Assembly: GCA_048938105.1 (NCBI GenBank)
Contig: JBHLMN010000001.1
Coordinates: forward strand, 1 to 64,000
Origin: Promethearchaeota archaeon
GTDB taxonomy: Archaea; Asgardarchaeota; Heimdallarchaeia; Hodarchaeales; Hodarchaeaceae
DNA length: 64,000 nt
Direction: 5' to 3'
The notes beneath the pieces are model-generated. The model made no database searches. It was not told the origin of the DNA and saw only the letters and a list, made by a program, of their open reading frames with translations. The position numbers were made by a program, and so were the translations under genes. Positions 1 to 10,297 of this stretch are shown one piece after another (position 1 is the stretch's first letter; the number at the start of each line of letters is the position of its first letter).

Positions 1-64
1 TCGCTAATAGCCACATTATTCCTGCAATTTGTGCATTGATTTTATAAGATTCAGTTTTATTCAT
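1..64 (-). CDS. 5' end of a membrane protein running off the window (possibly DUF4386-like)
   Basis: ATG at 64-62 with GAGG RBS upstream; reads MNKTESYKINAQIAGIMWLLA. Confidence 0.5.
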   Translation of the reverse strand, partial: MNKTESYKINAQIAGIMWLLA

Positions 65-539
65 TTTAATACCTCTTTTAAAAGTCAAACATTCCATTTA
101 CAAGTAGTTAAACTTTGAAACTTCTTCTCTTTTTTTTAGTACTTGAGATGAAAAAATAGCGTTATTTTTTTAAAATGCGTTTAAACAATTTGCGATCAAA
201 TCTGCGTTTGAAGATATTTGAATTAGCTCTTTCTTTTTTCATAGCTGTTTGAGTGTAAAAGTATTTACCTAGAAATGCATATTTCTTAACTAAATAAATG
301 TCTCATTCTTTTCTCTGAAGAGATTTAAAAAACTTTGAAGCTCTGTACAAAGAATTGCATACTCACTTAGCTTTTTGTCCAAACTTGAGAATGAAATTAG
401 TTTAGAATGCTTTTTAATTACAGAATTGTTCTAAAACCAAAACTAATATATTAAAGAGAAATATGAAGCATTTCGAAAAAAATTATGATCCCAATATTTA
501 TTCTAGATATTCAGACAGCTTATCTATTGAAGTGAAAGA

Positions 540-1625
540 ATGAATTACAGAGAAATTACTCCTTCTACCTTTTCAAAACAGATCTTCTCCTTTTTCCTGC
601 AGTTATTATTTGATTATGATTATGATAATAGCAATAATGAGGATTTTAAGGAATTATGGACTTTTTTCAAAAGGTTATATCAAGGGGGGTATAGTAATTC
701 ATTTGGATTTCCTGATTTATTACCAATTCAACTGAAAGATGAAGAACATAGAAGCAAAAATAAAGAATTAAACAAAGCTCTTGGAAAAGTAAGAAAACCA
801 ATAACTGATTTTTTAAATTTTCTCTATGCAGCGAGTCTTCAGGGAGAAGTTAGTAATAATAATCTCGTAATCCCGACAAATGATTATATAAAATTCATGA
901 AAACGCAAAAAAGAATAAAAGCTAAAATTTTGGATTTTGTGGGATATTTAGGGTTGCACGTCGAACATAAAGAATCCTCTACAGTGATTAAAACAGATGA
1001 AAACAGTAATCTAATTCTATTATTAACTCAGTTTGCTAGGATCTCTGAAAAAACTGGTAAACTAAACCATTATTATTTTAGAAGGTGTGATCTTCGAATT
1101 ATAAATCCAGGATATAAATTTGAAGTTGATGAGATATTTTTAAGACTATTTACAGAGTCAGAATATGCTTACTATGAAATAATTCATTCTTTTCTCTGTA
1201 CTAGTGGGTTTAAATGTGGATTAAGACTTGATAACGATACTTCCTTGGAAATTACTTATACTAACAAAAAAATCAAGAATACACCATTATTTGTTCTAAC
1301 CTATGATGTCTGTTATCTGAATACAGTACGGATGACTGTGAAATTTGTTGCTATGAATAGGATTACATCAATATCGCATATGGTACCTATTCCTGTTCAA
1401 AGACTATTATTTAATACTGCACGACGCTGCAGTGAATGTGGTTTTTGTAAGAAAAACGCAAAAGGAGTGAAAGGACTCTTAAAATCCTCAGTATTAAAGT
1501 TCGATGGTCAAGAAAAAGTCGTTTGTTGGTACAACCAAAGTACTTATCATGTAATTAATGAGGAGTCGTGTGGAGAGATTTTAGATTTTATAAAATTACA
1601 CCAGTATTTAATTCTAGATTCCTAA
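540..1625 (+). CDS. Hypothetical protein with C-terminal Cys cluster (CxxCxxC...C)
   Basis: 361-aa ORF; RCSECGFC...VCWY. Confidence 0.7.
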   Translation: MNYREITPSTFSKQIFSFFLQLLFDYDYDNSNNEDFKELWTFFKRLYQGGYSNSFGFPDLLPIQLKDEEHRSKNKELNKALGKVRKPITDFLNFLYAASLQGEVSNNNLVIPTNDYIKFMKTQKRIKAKILDFVGYLGLHVEHKESSTVIKTDENSNLILLLTQFARISEKTGKLNHYYFRRCDLRIINPGYKFEVDEIFLRLFTESEYAYYEIIHSFLCTSGFKCGLRLDNDTSLEITYTNKKIKNTPLFVLTYDVCYLNTVRMTVKFVAMNRITSISHMVPIPVQRLLFNTARRCSECGFCKKNAKGVKGLLKSSVLKFDGQEKVVCWYNQSTYHVINEESCGEILDFIKLHQYLILDS

Positions 1626-1924
1626 GCGATTCAATCCCCATTATTAGAGAATATTTTATTTTTTGGGGAAAAACATGATTCACGAGACATTCTATTCTTT
1701 GTAGATACAGGAATAGTTGGTGAAGGAGAATAGATGTGCTATTCTCCTAGCTATAACTACTGGTAATGCCAGCTTTAACAATTATAATGTGCGTTTGAAG
1801 ACATTTGAAAGAACTGTCATACATTGTATGTGAAAGAATATTTACATTTAAACTAATTTTAGGCACATTATCTATAAAATATAATTGAGGAACTAAAAAA
1901 TGATTAAAAGGAGGATAATGAATA

Positions 1925-2110
1925 ATGGAATGTACTTTGTGTAAAGAACAAATAAAAAATTATACCTGTGAATTTAATCAACTTGAGATTAATGAATCAA
2001 TTAGTGTTCATATTTGTCAATCATGCGTTAATAAGTTTATTAAATGGCAACAAAGAAAATACGCTAAATTATTTCCTACTAAACAAGCTAAAAAGCTGTT
2101 TAAAGAATAA
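1925..2110 (+). CDS. Small zinc-finger protein
   Basis: CTLC...CQSC; strong GGAGG RBS at ~1909-1915. Confidence 0.75.
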   Translation: MECTLCKEQIKNYTCEFNQLEINESISVHICQSCVNKFIKWQQRKYAKLFPTKQAKKLFKE

Positions 2111-2626
2111 GACCTATAAAAGTCAGCTTTAGCAATTATATTTTGTGTTTGACGACTATAAGTTTAGTTCTTAAATTTGACCTGCAAAATCCTCCACTGT
2201 ATTATACTAGATTTTTGCTAGATGAATATCATGTAAGCGTTTAATAAAACAAATTAATAATAGCATGATACATGAATAAATTACTTGAAATCGAATTCTA
2301 TTGATTATTTAACGCAGGTTGAAAAGGTTAATCTGTCCAATATGTAGAACCTCATGTTCAATAAGGGGGAAAAGAATCCATTCAAACTAGTTTTAACAAA
2401 TATAATTGTAGTTTAACAATGTTAATGAAATATGGTATAACCAACGTTATGCAAACAAAAATCTTTATGTTTTCTTTATATAGTCTGAATGTCGTTTAAC
2501 CTTTGTATATTACTTTAATGAATTTTCCTCGTTTTAAGTTTTTTTAGTCACAGGGCGAATTTCAGTAATTTACGCTACTAGGGACGAGTACAGAAAAAAT
2601 GGGGCAAATAACTAAAAATGTATATT

Positions 2627-2640
2627 TATGCAAATGCATA
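2627..2640. promoter_or_regulatory. Palindromic putative transcription-factor site upstream of the MFS gene
   Basis: TATGCA-aa-TGCATA; another TATGCAT at ~2652-2658. Confidence 0.35.
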
Positions 2641-2708
2641 CTAGCTTGTGTTATGCATCTTTCAGAATATAGTTTTAAAAAATAACCAAATACTCTTCAT
2701 TTACTTAC

Positions 2709-4061
2709 ATGAGCACAACAGAACTTTTAGAAGCAAGTCACAAAGGTAATCGATTTCCTTCAGCGACTTATGTTCTTGGATTATGTAATTATGTTGGATC
2801 TGTGATATTTGATAATTTATACCAATTTTTAGCAATTATGCTTGGAGCTACAGGCATTATTCAAGGTTTTTTAACCTCTTTTCGCCAATTAGGTGCCGCT
2901 CTATTTAATCCCATTTGGGGGTATTTGGCTGATAGATTTGATAGAAGATTGTTTTTATTTGGGGGAAATTTTGTTTTATTTCTCGGTTCTTTCTTGATAC
3001 CATTTTCCACCACTCCCCTAATTGTCCTTTTTTTATTAATATTTCAAACTATTTTGGGTCTTGTAGTGGTTGGACCAGCTTGGTCTGCTTATCTTGCTGA
3101 TTTTACCACACCTAAATCTAGAGGTACAGTATTAGGTCGTATCAGTTCCTTCATAACTTTAATTGGTAATCTTGTTTTATTAGTAGTTACTTTTTTTATG
3201 GATCAAATTGATCCAGTTCGTCAAGATATTCAAACTTTAATCCTCCCATTTTTCATCAGCTCTCTTGGCTATGGTTTTGCGATGTTACTCACATTAACCC
3301 TTCCCAAAAGTCATAATATAATGAGAGTGGAATCCACAAAACTTAAAAGGAACTTCAATCTAAAAGAATTCATTATATCGCTACCAACTCCTTTGAGAAA
3401 ATTCCTTATTGCAGATTTTATATTCACTTTGGCTTGGGGAGCAGGATGGCCCCTATTTCCATATGTTACCTTCGGTCTTTCTCATAATTGGTTTGAAATT
3501 GGTATATTAGCATTTTCATCAGGAATAACGATTGCTTTTAGTCAAAATATTGGAGGATGGTTAACTGATAGGATTGGACGGAAGAAAGTTATTATTGGAT
3601 CACGTGGAGCCTTAATACTTCCTCCATTCTTTGTAATAGCAGCAATATTAACAAATCAGATCTTTTGGATCCTTGTGACTAATATTCTTGTTGGCTTTTT
3701 CTTAGGTGGATCAGTTATTGCTATTCAATCATTGGTCTTTGACATTGCAGAAAGTTCTATTGAAAACTACAATAAAAAAGCTACTTATGTTTCAATGGTG
3801 GGACTAATTGGTGGAGTTAGTGCTTTTATTGGATCTAGTATAACAGGTTTAGCCCTGCAATTTTTAAGTGGTAACCAAAAACCAACATTAAATTTAATTG
3901 GAACACTTATGTTTTTTGTATTATTATTCCGGTTTTTACTTTGGTTTAGCTACTTTACAGTCGAAGATCCGATTGAATTTACAAAAGAGACAGCTTTTCA
4001 TCCACTTCTTTTTATTAGACGTTTTGTAAAAAGCAAATTCAATCTATTTCCAAAAAAATAA
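2709..4061 (+). CDS. MFS transporter
   Basis: ~12 hydrophobic helices; motif A twice (GYLADRFDRR, GWLTDRIGRK). Confidence 0.92.
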   Translation: MSTTELLEASHKGNRFPSATYVLGLCNYVGSVIFDNLYQFLAIMLGATGIIQGFLTSFRQLGAALFNPIWGYLADRFDRRLFLFGGNFVLFLGSFLIPFSTTPLIVLFLLIFQTILGLVVVGPAWSAYLADFTTPKSRGTVLGRISSFITLIGNLVLLVVTFFMDQIDPVRQDIQTLILPFFISSLGYGFAMLLTLTLPKSHNIMRVESTKLKRNFNLKEFIISLPTPLRKFLIADFIFTLAWGAGWPLFPYVTFGLSHNWFEIGILAFSSGITIAFSQNIGGWLTDRIGRKKVIIGSRGALILPPFFVIAAILTNQIFWILVTNILVGFFLGGSVIAIQSLVFDIAESSIENYNKKATYVSMVGLIGGVSAFIGSSITGLALQFLSGNQKPTLNLIGTLMFFVLLFRFLLWFSYFTVEDPIEFTKETAFHPLLFIRRFVKSKFNLFPKK

Positions 4062-4309
4062 ATGTTGTATATCCAACTTTTCTTCAGAACGGTTCTATAA
4101 CTATGGTTTAACACCAACACATATAGCAACAGATCTGTAACATTTTATGAATCCATTTTGACTTAATTTTTTTCCTTAATCAACATTAATAAGTTAGAGA
4201 ACTGATAGGAGTTTTTGACTCTAGTAAGATATTCATTAAATACACCTTTCTAGGGGTAGTCATCTTCTTGTAATTTAATGAAATTATCAAATAAAAGAGA
4301 AATAGAATT

Positions 4310-4723
4310 ATGTTCAACTTGTTTAAGTATATTAAGAAATCATTTATCGAATCTATCGAAAAGAAAAAACGCCCAGGAGCAGGAATAGTATTATATTCTG
4401 TTTGGTACGCCTTATTTTCAATAATTATGATCACAATAACTTACTCTTTCTTTATTCTTCCATCATTAATTATCATAGATATAATCTGGATTTTAACCTC
4501 AGTCATTTTGGTAATAATTTTTTTACCAATGACAGTATATCCATTCGTATTATTAAAGGATCCGATGATATGTAAACTACTAAAAGAAGATTTCAATGAT
4601 TTGAAAAAAAGTTCAGGTAATAATAAAATATTTTTATTTATAACCGAAGGTTTCCTTGGTTTATTGTCATTCCTATTCACGTTAATGTATCTTAACAATA
4701 TTTATTTGGGATTAAACCCCTAA
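4310..4723 (+). CDS. Hypothetical membrane protein (about 3 TM)
   Basis: 137-aa hydrophobic ORF. Confidence 0.55.
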   Translation: MFNLFKYIKKSFIESIEKKKRPGAGIVLYSVWYALFSIIMITITYSFFILPSLIIIDIIWILTSVILVIIFLPMTVYPFVLLKDPMICKLLKEDFNDLKKSSGNNKIFLFITEGFLGLLSFLFTLMYLNNIYLGLNP

Positions 4724-5058
4724 CTCATTCTTCTTTAGTGATTGTCAAACAAAGGTTTTTGATCAGTTATACAAGCGATTATTGAATGATCCCTTTCATT
4801 CCCCTTTAATTTTTTCAAGTATTCTCTCAAAAATTGATTAAGAATAGTTAAAGAAACGCATAGTTAAACACTGGGCTGTTTTAATAAGGATGGAAATTAA
4901 TAAGTATGCTTCTCATGTAAGAGGCATTATTCTTTAAAAAGATGAAGTCATTTTTGAATATAACTAACGTATTGAGATCCAAAATCATAACTGAGACCAA
5001 GTTTCAAAATTTATTATCGAGAAAAGGAATAAAATCTCAAATAATTGATTAATCAATC

Positions 5059-5823
5059 ATGGTAGAACTTACACCTAGGGACATCGGTAGCCAATTAAAA
5101 CTAGCAGGAAGATTAGATTCACAACCATTATGTGCTTATGGAACGGATACTCCTCCTGCTAACTCTATTCCATCTATTGATATGGATCGGTGTATTGCAA
5201 AGGTGATTTACTCAATAGCTACTGAATCGGATAGTCCAATAATCTATATTGGAAGGGACAACACGAAAAAATGTTGTCCAGGGGGTCAAGCATGGTTTGG
5301 TTTTCAACCATTCTTGACTCACTTGAATTCCTTTCTATCTACAGGATCCCATTCTTTTCGGAATGGGCATTCAGAGTTTCTCATAGCAACTCCTGATTTA
5401 GCAGAGAAAAGATTGAAATCTGTTGGGAAAATCACTCCCCTCGGAAAATACATCGTAATTCAACGTAGTGATCAATTATATACAGAGAATCACAAAATAA
5501 AGTTGTTTTTATGTTTTGGAAAGGCTGAACAGATCAGAAATCTCTGTTCGTTAGTATATTTCAGTTCGCAGACTAATCACGAAATCTATATTCCGTGGGG
5601 GCCTTCATGTTCCTCATTTATTTCTTACCCTGCAGGAATGATTGAAAATTCCCCTAGCAATGCTGTTATTGTAGGACCTACAGATCCTACGGGAAATTAT
5701 TGGTTTCCTCAAGATTTTTTATCGATGGGAATTCCTTTTAGTACTGCCAAACAAATGACTGAAGGTTTAGCCTCATCTTTCATCAAGAAGCGACCAAAAG
5801 TAGCCTATCCAACACGAATATAA
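5059..5823 (+). CDS. DUF169 family protein
   Basis: RC...CCPGG, PWGPSC, GPTDP and SMGIP pattern typical of the family. Confidence 0.75.
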   Translation: MVELTPRDIGSQLKLAGRLDSQPLCAYGTDTPPANSIPSIDMDRCIAKVIYSIATESDSPIIYIGRDNTKKCCPGGQAWFGFQPFLTHLNSFLSTGSHSFRNGHSEFLIATPDLAEKRLKSVGKITPLGKYIVIQRSDQLYTENHKIKLFLCFGKAEQIRNLCSLVYFSSQTNHEIYIPWGPSCSSFISYPAGMIENSPSNAVIVGPTDPTGNYWFPQDFLSMGIPFSTAKQMTEGLASSFIKKRPKVAYPTRI

Positions 5824-5896
5824 TAATATTTAATGGAATTCAATGATATAAAGCTTTATCTAGTGATTTTGATGTCCAGAAACAATACCTTTATTA

Positions 5897-5925
5897 GTTC
5901 TATATAGGATCATCCTATATAGAAC
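5897..5925. promoter_or_regulatory. Perfect 14-1-14 palindrome, probable MarR operator, just after a TATA-like TTTATTA
   Basis: GTTCTATATAGGAT-C-ATCCTATATAGAAC, 35 bp upstream of the PNPOx-like/MarR operon. Confidence 0.8.
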
Positions 5926-5960
5926 AATCCATTTTTTTAAGTAAAAGGACGGAAAATGGT

Positions 5961-6422
5961 ATGAATGAAAGAGAAATGAAAGTTTTTTGCAATAAATTCA
6001 TGGAAGAAGAAAAAACTGCATGTTTTACTACAATCGATGAAAATGGCTATCCTCATACAAGAGGAATTTTCAACTTGAGGAATGTTAAACAGTTTCCGAC
6101 TTTATATAAGGTCTTTGAAAAGCATCAAGAAGACCTCACGATTTATATATCAACAAACACCTCATCTAGTAAAGTACAACATATCAAAACAAACAAAAAA
6201 GTATCAGTTTGTATTTTAGATTCAGAAAAGATAACAGGAGTGACTTTTGGAGGAGAGATTGAAATTATTACAGATAAGAAAATTAAAAAAGACCTCTGGC
6301 TTGATTGGTGGGTCCAATACTATCCAAAAGGAGAAAATGATGAAGATTATACAATATTAAGATTAAAACCTAAAACTGTCGAAATATGGTATAAAGGTAA
6401 GTATAAATTTCAACTTGAGTGA
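5961..6422 (+). CDS. Pyridoxamine 5'-phosphate oxidase-like split-barrel protein (general stress protein 26-like)
   Basis: TIDENGYPHTR, STNTSSSKV.HI..NKKVSV, LW..WW..YYP.G..D.DY motifs. Confidence 0.85.
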   Translation: MNEREMKVFCNKFMEEEKTACFTTIDENGYPHTRGIFNLRNVKQFPTLYKVFEKHQEDLTIYISTNTSSSKVQHIKTNKKVSVCILDSEKITGVTFGGEIEIITDKKIKKDLWLDWWVQYYPKGENDEDYTILRLKPKTVEIWYKGKYKFQLE

Positions 6423-6874
6423 CATCAATGAATTCTATGAAGGAACAGCGATCAGCAGGATATCTAATTGCTAAAATCCATCAAATAAGTGGTCGAATAT
6501 TTACAAAAAAACTTAAAAAATATAAGATCTTTGATATTAACCCATCCCAAGGGAGGATTTTATTCGCATTATGGAAAGAAGATGGATTATCAATAGTAGA
6601 ATTAGGAAAGAAGACTGCTCTTAGTAAATCTACTTTAACATCAATGTTAGATAGATTAGAAGAATCTGATCATTTAAAACGAGTACCCTCTGAAGATGAT
6701 CGAAGAAAAATTTTGATCTTTCTTACAGAGAAAAATAAAAAACTCCAAAGTAAATATATTGCAGTTTCGAGAGAAATGACAGATTTATACTATATGGGCT
6801 TTAGTGTAGAAGAAACAGATCAGTTTGAACTTTATCTTCAGCGCCTTCTAAACAATCTCTTACAATTTGAATAG
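6419..6874 (+). CDS. MarR family transcriptional regulator
   Basis: wHTH with LSKSTLTSMLDRLE and DRRKILIFLT; start overlaps upstream stop. Confidence 0.93.
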   Translation: MTSMNSMKEQRSAGYLIAKIHQISGRIFTKKLKKYKIFDINPSQGRILFALWKEDGLSIVELGKKTALSKSTLTSMLDRLEESDHLKRVPSEDDRRKILIFLTEKNKKLQSKYIAVSREMTDLYYMGFSVEETDQFELYLQRLLNNLLQFE

Positions 6875-6956
6875 ATCTTGAATAAAGATACCAGTAATTT
6901 TACAACTCCTGTTAATGGTGTATACATCTCGCTATTTAGAATAAAGAGGATAATTC

Positions 6957-8411
6957 ATGACTACACCCACAAAACATCATCTAGTAATTGGAGACTGCAC
7001 AAAAGCCACGAAAATACTCGATTTCCCAGCTATTGATCTTTTAGTGACCTCACCACCATATTTTAATGCCCCTTTTGATTATAACGAACTTTTTCATAAT
7101 TATGAAACCTTTTTAGATATGATAAATAATTTTGGAGAATTATACTTTAAAGTCTTAACACCTGGGGGAATAGTTGGCCTTAATATTGATGATATGCTCA
7201 TAGAAGGTATCAAATATCCAATTATCTCCGATATTATAAAAATATTCTCTACTTTAGGTTATCACTTGAAAGGAAAAATTATATGGAAAAAACCTGAAGG
7301 ATATATTCGCATTAGTAGGCGAAGTGGGGTTTTATTACAGAATCCTTTTCCAATGTACTATTATCCTGATAACCTCCTAGAAGTAATCCTTATCTTTCAA
7401 AAACCACCGTATAGAAATCTTCCTAGTAATAAAACAGTACATTCTGAGGATATATGGGAGATAACTAATGTTCTACCTTTGAAAGGACGTCTTGAGACCG
7501 ATATTGCCGCATTCCCAGATGAACTGCCTAAAAAGCTCATCAATATGTTTACAACAGAAGGATCGTGGATTTGTGACCCGTTCCTTGGGTCTGGAACCAC
7601 AATGAAGGTTGCACGAGAGTTAAGGCGGCATTCTATAGGAGTAGAAATCTTAGAAAACCTATTACCTATAATCAGAAGAAAATCAGGTTTTACTTCTGAG
7701 AATCTTGCGAGTTATTTTGATTCAGATCAGTTAATAATTGATAATCTCCAGATTGATACAGAACACAAAAAGGATACTATTAAACGTGTTTCAAACCATT
7801 CGTTACTCCCCCAGGCTTTGAAAGAACATATATCCACCAAATGCAAGTTTAAACATCATTTATTACTTTTAGATTGTAGAAATATATCTAAAGATGTTTT
7901 TGATGAATCACTTTCCGAATTGCTAGAGAATTTATATCCTGGCCGTATAATGCTCGTTCTATTCGAATCTTTGAACAATTCAAGTGAAAATTTAGCTCTG
8001 AATCAAATAACTGATCATATTATGCGCCATGGATTACGATTACGTGATAAAATAACCGTCCAACATCAACCAGAGGGGAATTGGGAAGTTACTTCGCGGT
8101 TTAAATCCAAAATTGTATTTTATCATTCTTACTATGAAGTTTTTATATTCCAAAAAGGAAAATTCAATTATAAAAGCAAGTCAAAAATGGAGAAACAGGA
8201 TTGTCTTATTAATAAAGATCGATTTCAAAAAGAAAAATGGTACCTTACTCTTTGGGATTTCAGAAATCAATTAAGAAAAAAATGTGACTCAATTGTCATT
8301 AGTAGACTACTAGAATTATTTCTTTTCAACGATGAAATTGTTTGTACAAATATTAAACAAATATCTTGCTCAAATAGGCGATTTATCATAGAATATATCA
8401 CTCTAATATGA
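6957..8411 (+). CDS. Orphan beta-class N4-C/N6-A DNA methyltransferase fused to a degenerate second MTase-like domain
   Basis: Motif IV TSPPY precedes motif I DPFLGSGTT; C-terminal half repeats LxPG..., GxxLxxKI, ExxxIFQK and WD/E landmarks without the catalytic motifs. Confidence 0.85.
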   Translation: MTTPTKHHLVIGDCTKATKILDFPAIDLLVTSPPYFNAPFDYNELFHNYETFLDMINNFGELYFKVLTPGGIVGLNIDDMLIEGIKYPIISDIIKIFSTLGYHLKGKIIWKKPEGYIRISRRSGVLLQNPFPMYYYPDNLLEVILIFQKPPYRNLPSNKTVHSEDIWEITNVLPLKGRLETDIAAFPDELPKKLINMFTTEGSWICDPFLGSGTTMKVARELRRHSIGVEILENLLPIIRRKSGFTSENLASYFDSDQLIIDNLQIDTEHKKDTIKRVSNHSLLPQALKEHISTKCKFKHHLLLLDCRNISKDVFDESLSELLENLYPGRIMLVLFESLNNSSENLALNQITDHIMRHGLRLRDKITVQHQPEGNWEVTSRFKSKIVFYHSYYEVFIFQKGKFNYKSKSKMEKQDCLINKDRFQKEKWYLTLWDFRNQLRKKCDSIVISRLLELFLFNDEIVCTNIKQISCSNRRFIIEYITLI

Positions 8412-8423
8412 TTTTTCTTTATT

Positions 8424-10274
8424 ATGGCAAGGAGAATACGATTATTGTCAAAAATATGGGATCCACAACTCATCAAAATTGATTTAACAGAAGAGAAAGT
8501 TTCTTCAAAGGAACCAATTGAAACCAGAGTCATTGAAAATTTCCTTGGTGGTCGTGGAATAACTGTTTATCTTGGTTACCATGCAATTCCAACAGATGCC
8601 AGTCCACGAGGCCCTGAAAATGCGGTGATATTAGGAACAGGAGTTTTTACTGGATCATTATTCCCGTCATCAGGCATGGTAGTTGCAACTTTTAAATCTC
8701 CTCAGACAAATACCTTATTTACTTCAGTAGCTACTGGAAAATTTGGTGCAAGTTTGAAACAAGTTGGTATAGACTTTTTACAAATATCTGGATGTGCTAA
8801 AACTCCTAAATATGTTTTAATAGATGAATTTTCTGATGTTACACTTGAGAATGCAGAAAAAATTTGGAAAAAAACTATATCAGAAACAGATACTTGGTTA
8901 CGGGCAAAGTATGGGAATGATGCTAGTATTGCTACAATTGGCCTTTCAGCTGTTAACCAAGTTATATTTGCTGGATTAGCAGTGGATCGTGTACACTTTT
9001 TTCGTCGTGGAGGATTAGGAGCTGTTTTAGCCTCAAAGAACATTAAGGCGATCGTAATCACAGAATCTCCTCAAATTAAGGAGTTAGAAGGGTTATCGTC
9101 AGAATCTATTGACCAATTTAACAAATTTGTTCAACAAACTTCTTGGTATAAAATGCTTCATAACCGTGGAACTTTTTCAACAATATTTCCTGTTATTGAA
9201 AATAAAGTTCTTCCAGCAAAAAATTGTACTCGTCTATTACAGCTAGCTCCTGAAAAAATCTCTTCCTTTCAAGGCTATAAAAACCCATTTCAATGTTGGC
9301 AGTGCCCAATGCAATGTCAACGCAATTCATACCAAGCTTTTGTTGCATTGGGCCCAAACTTGAAAATTGTGGATTTAGAAAACATACAACAAGCCATTGA
9401 AGCCTGTGATAAAGAAGCCTTAGATCCTCTCTCTACTGGAGCTGCTCTTGCTTCATTATTTAATATCCAAGAAGATCGAAGAAAATTGTTGGATATTGAT
9501 CTTGGATTTCAATGGAACAACCCAAAAATCTATTCTTTAATTGAAAAAATAATTGGAAGAGAAGAAATGGGAGATCAGCTATCTCGTGGTGAAAATTACC
9601 TCTACCAACAAACTAGTGAACCTTCTTCTATTATTAAGAATCAGATGGGGGGTATGTATTATTATCCCAATATCCTAGGTCTGAGTCTAGCAACCAGTAT
9701 TTCTCCTTATGGAGCTAATAATTATCACTCAGATTATATGATTTTTCCTGAACTTTTAGGTTCCCCTTTTAAGCTCAGTCCGAGTTCTAAGAGGGGAAAA
9801 GTCAAAACTATTATCTTATTGGAAAATTATATAGCAGCACTAGATTCTCTTATAATCTGTACTAGATACCTTCCTATTTTCTTACAACCACGTAGATGGT
9901 TAAGTTGGTTGTCATTAAGCCTACGGAATCGTCTCTTCAATCTTCTTCCTAGTTTATTAATTGAAGATTTCGGATTAAACCTAAATACTTTATTATCCTC
10001 TATTAAAACGACTTTTGACTCAAAAATGACTTTCAAAAGACTATTAGCAATAGGAAATCGTATAACCCTACTTGAACGAATATTCAACACACGGGCTGGA
10101 ATGACCCAAACTGATGATCATTTTGCTAAATTTCTTAAAAAAAGACCAGATTTTTTTAAGAAGCATGAGGAACTACTTATAGAATATTACTTTCGAAAGG
10201 GTATTACTCCTAAAGGATTGGTTAATAAAAAAACTTTAGAGAAGACAGGTTTACTTGGATTAATTACTGTTTAA
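8424..10274 (+). CDS. Aldehyde:ferredoxin oxidoreductase (AOR) family protein, divergent active site
   Basis: FLGGRG, KSPQT, RGGLGAV.ASKNIKAI, CWQCPMQC, ERIFNTRAG, EYY..KG. Confidence 0.85.
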   Translation: MARRIRLLSKIWDPQLIKIDLTEEKVSSKEPIETRVIENFLGGRGITVYLGYHAIPTDASPRGPENAVILGTGVFTGSLFPSSGMVVATFKSPQTNTLFTSVATGKFGASLKQVGIDFLQISGCAKTPKYVLIDEFSDVTLENAEKIWKKTISETDTWLRAKYGNDASIATIGLSAVNQVIFAGLAVDRVHFFRRGGLGAVLASKNIKAIVITESPQIKELEGLSSESIDQFNKFVQQTSWYKMLHNRGTFSTIFPVIENKVLPAKNCTRLLQLAPEKISSFQGYKNPFQCWQCPMQCQRNSYQAFVALGPNLKIVDLENIQQAIEACDKEALDPLSTGAALASLFNIQEDRRKLLDIDLGFQWNNPKIYSLIEKIIGREEMGDQLSRGENYLYQQTSEPSSIIKNQMGGMYYYPNILGLSLATSISPYGANNYHSDYMIFPELLGSPFKLSPSSKRGKVKTIILLENYIAALDSLIICTRYLPIFLQPRRWLSWLSLSLRNRLFNLLPSLLIEDFGLNLNTLLSSIKTTFDSKMTFKRLLAIGNRITLLERIFNTRAGMTQTDDHFAKFLKKRPDFFKKHEELLIEYYFRKGITPKGLVNKKTLEKTGLLGLITV

Positions 10275-10297
10275 GAATTATCTCTTTAAGAACTCTT

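Larger units (their letters stand above)
203..2420 (+). repeat. Dispersed ~34-40 bp direct repeat (copies at 203-222 partial, 1769-1809, 2123-2156, 2387-2420)
   Basis: CCAGCTTTAACAATTATAATGTGCGTTTGAAGAC vs TCAGCTTTAGCAATTATATTTTGTGTTTGACGAC (28/34); 203-222 matches 1790-1809 at 19/20. Confidence 0.6.

Noticed and set aside
1769-1809. Repeat as a canonical Xer dif or integron attC site
   Set aside because: Spacing and boxes do not fit dif (11-6-11) or RYYYAAC/GTTRRRY; kept only as an unexplained repeat
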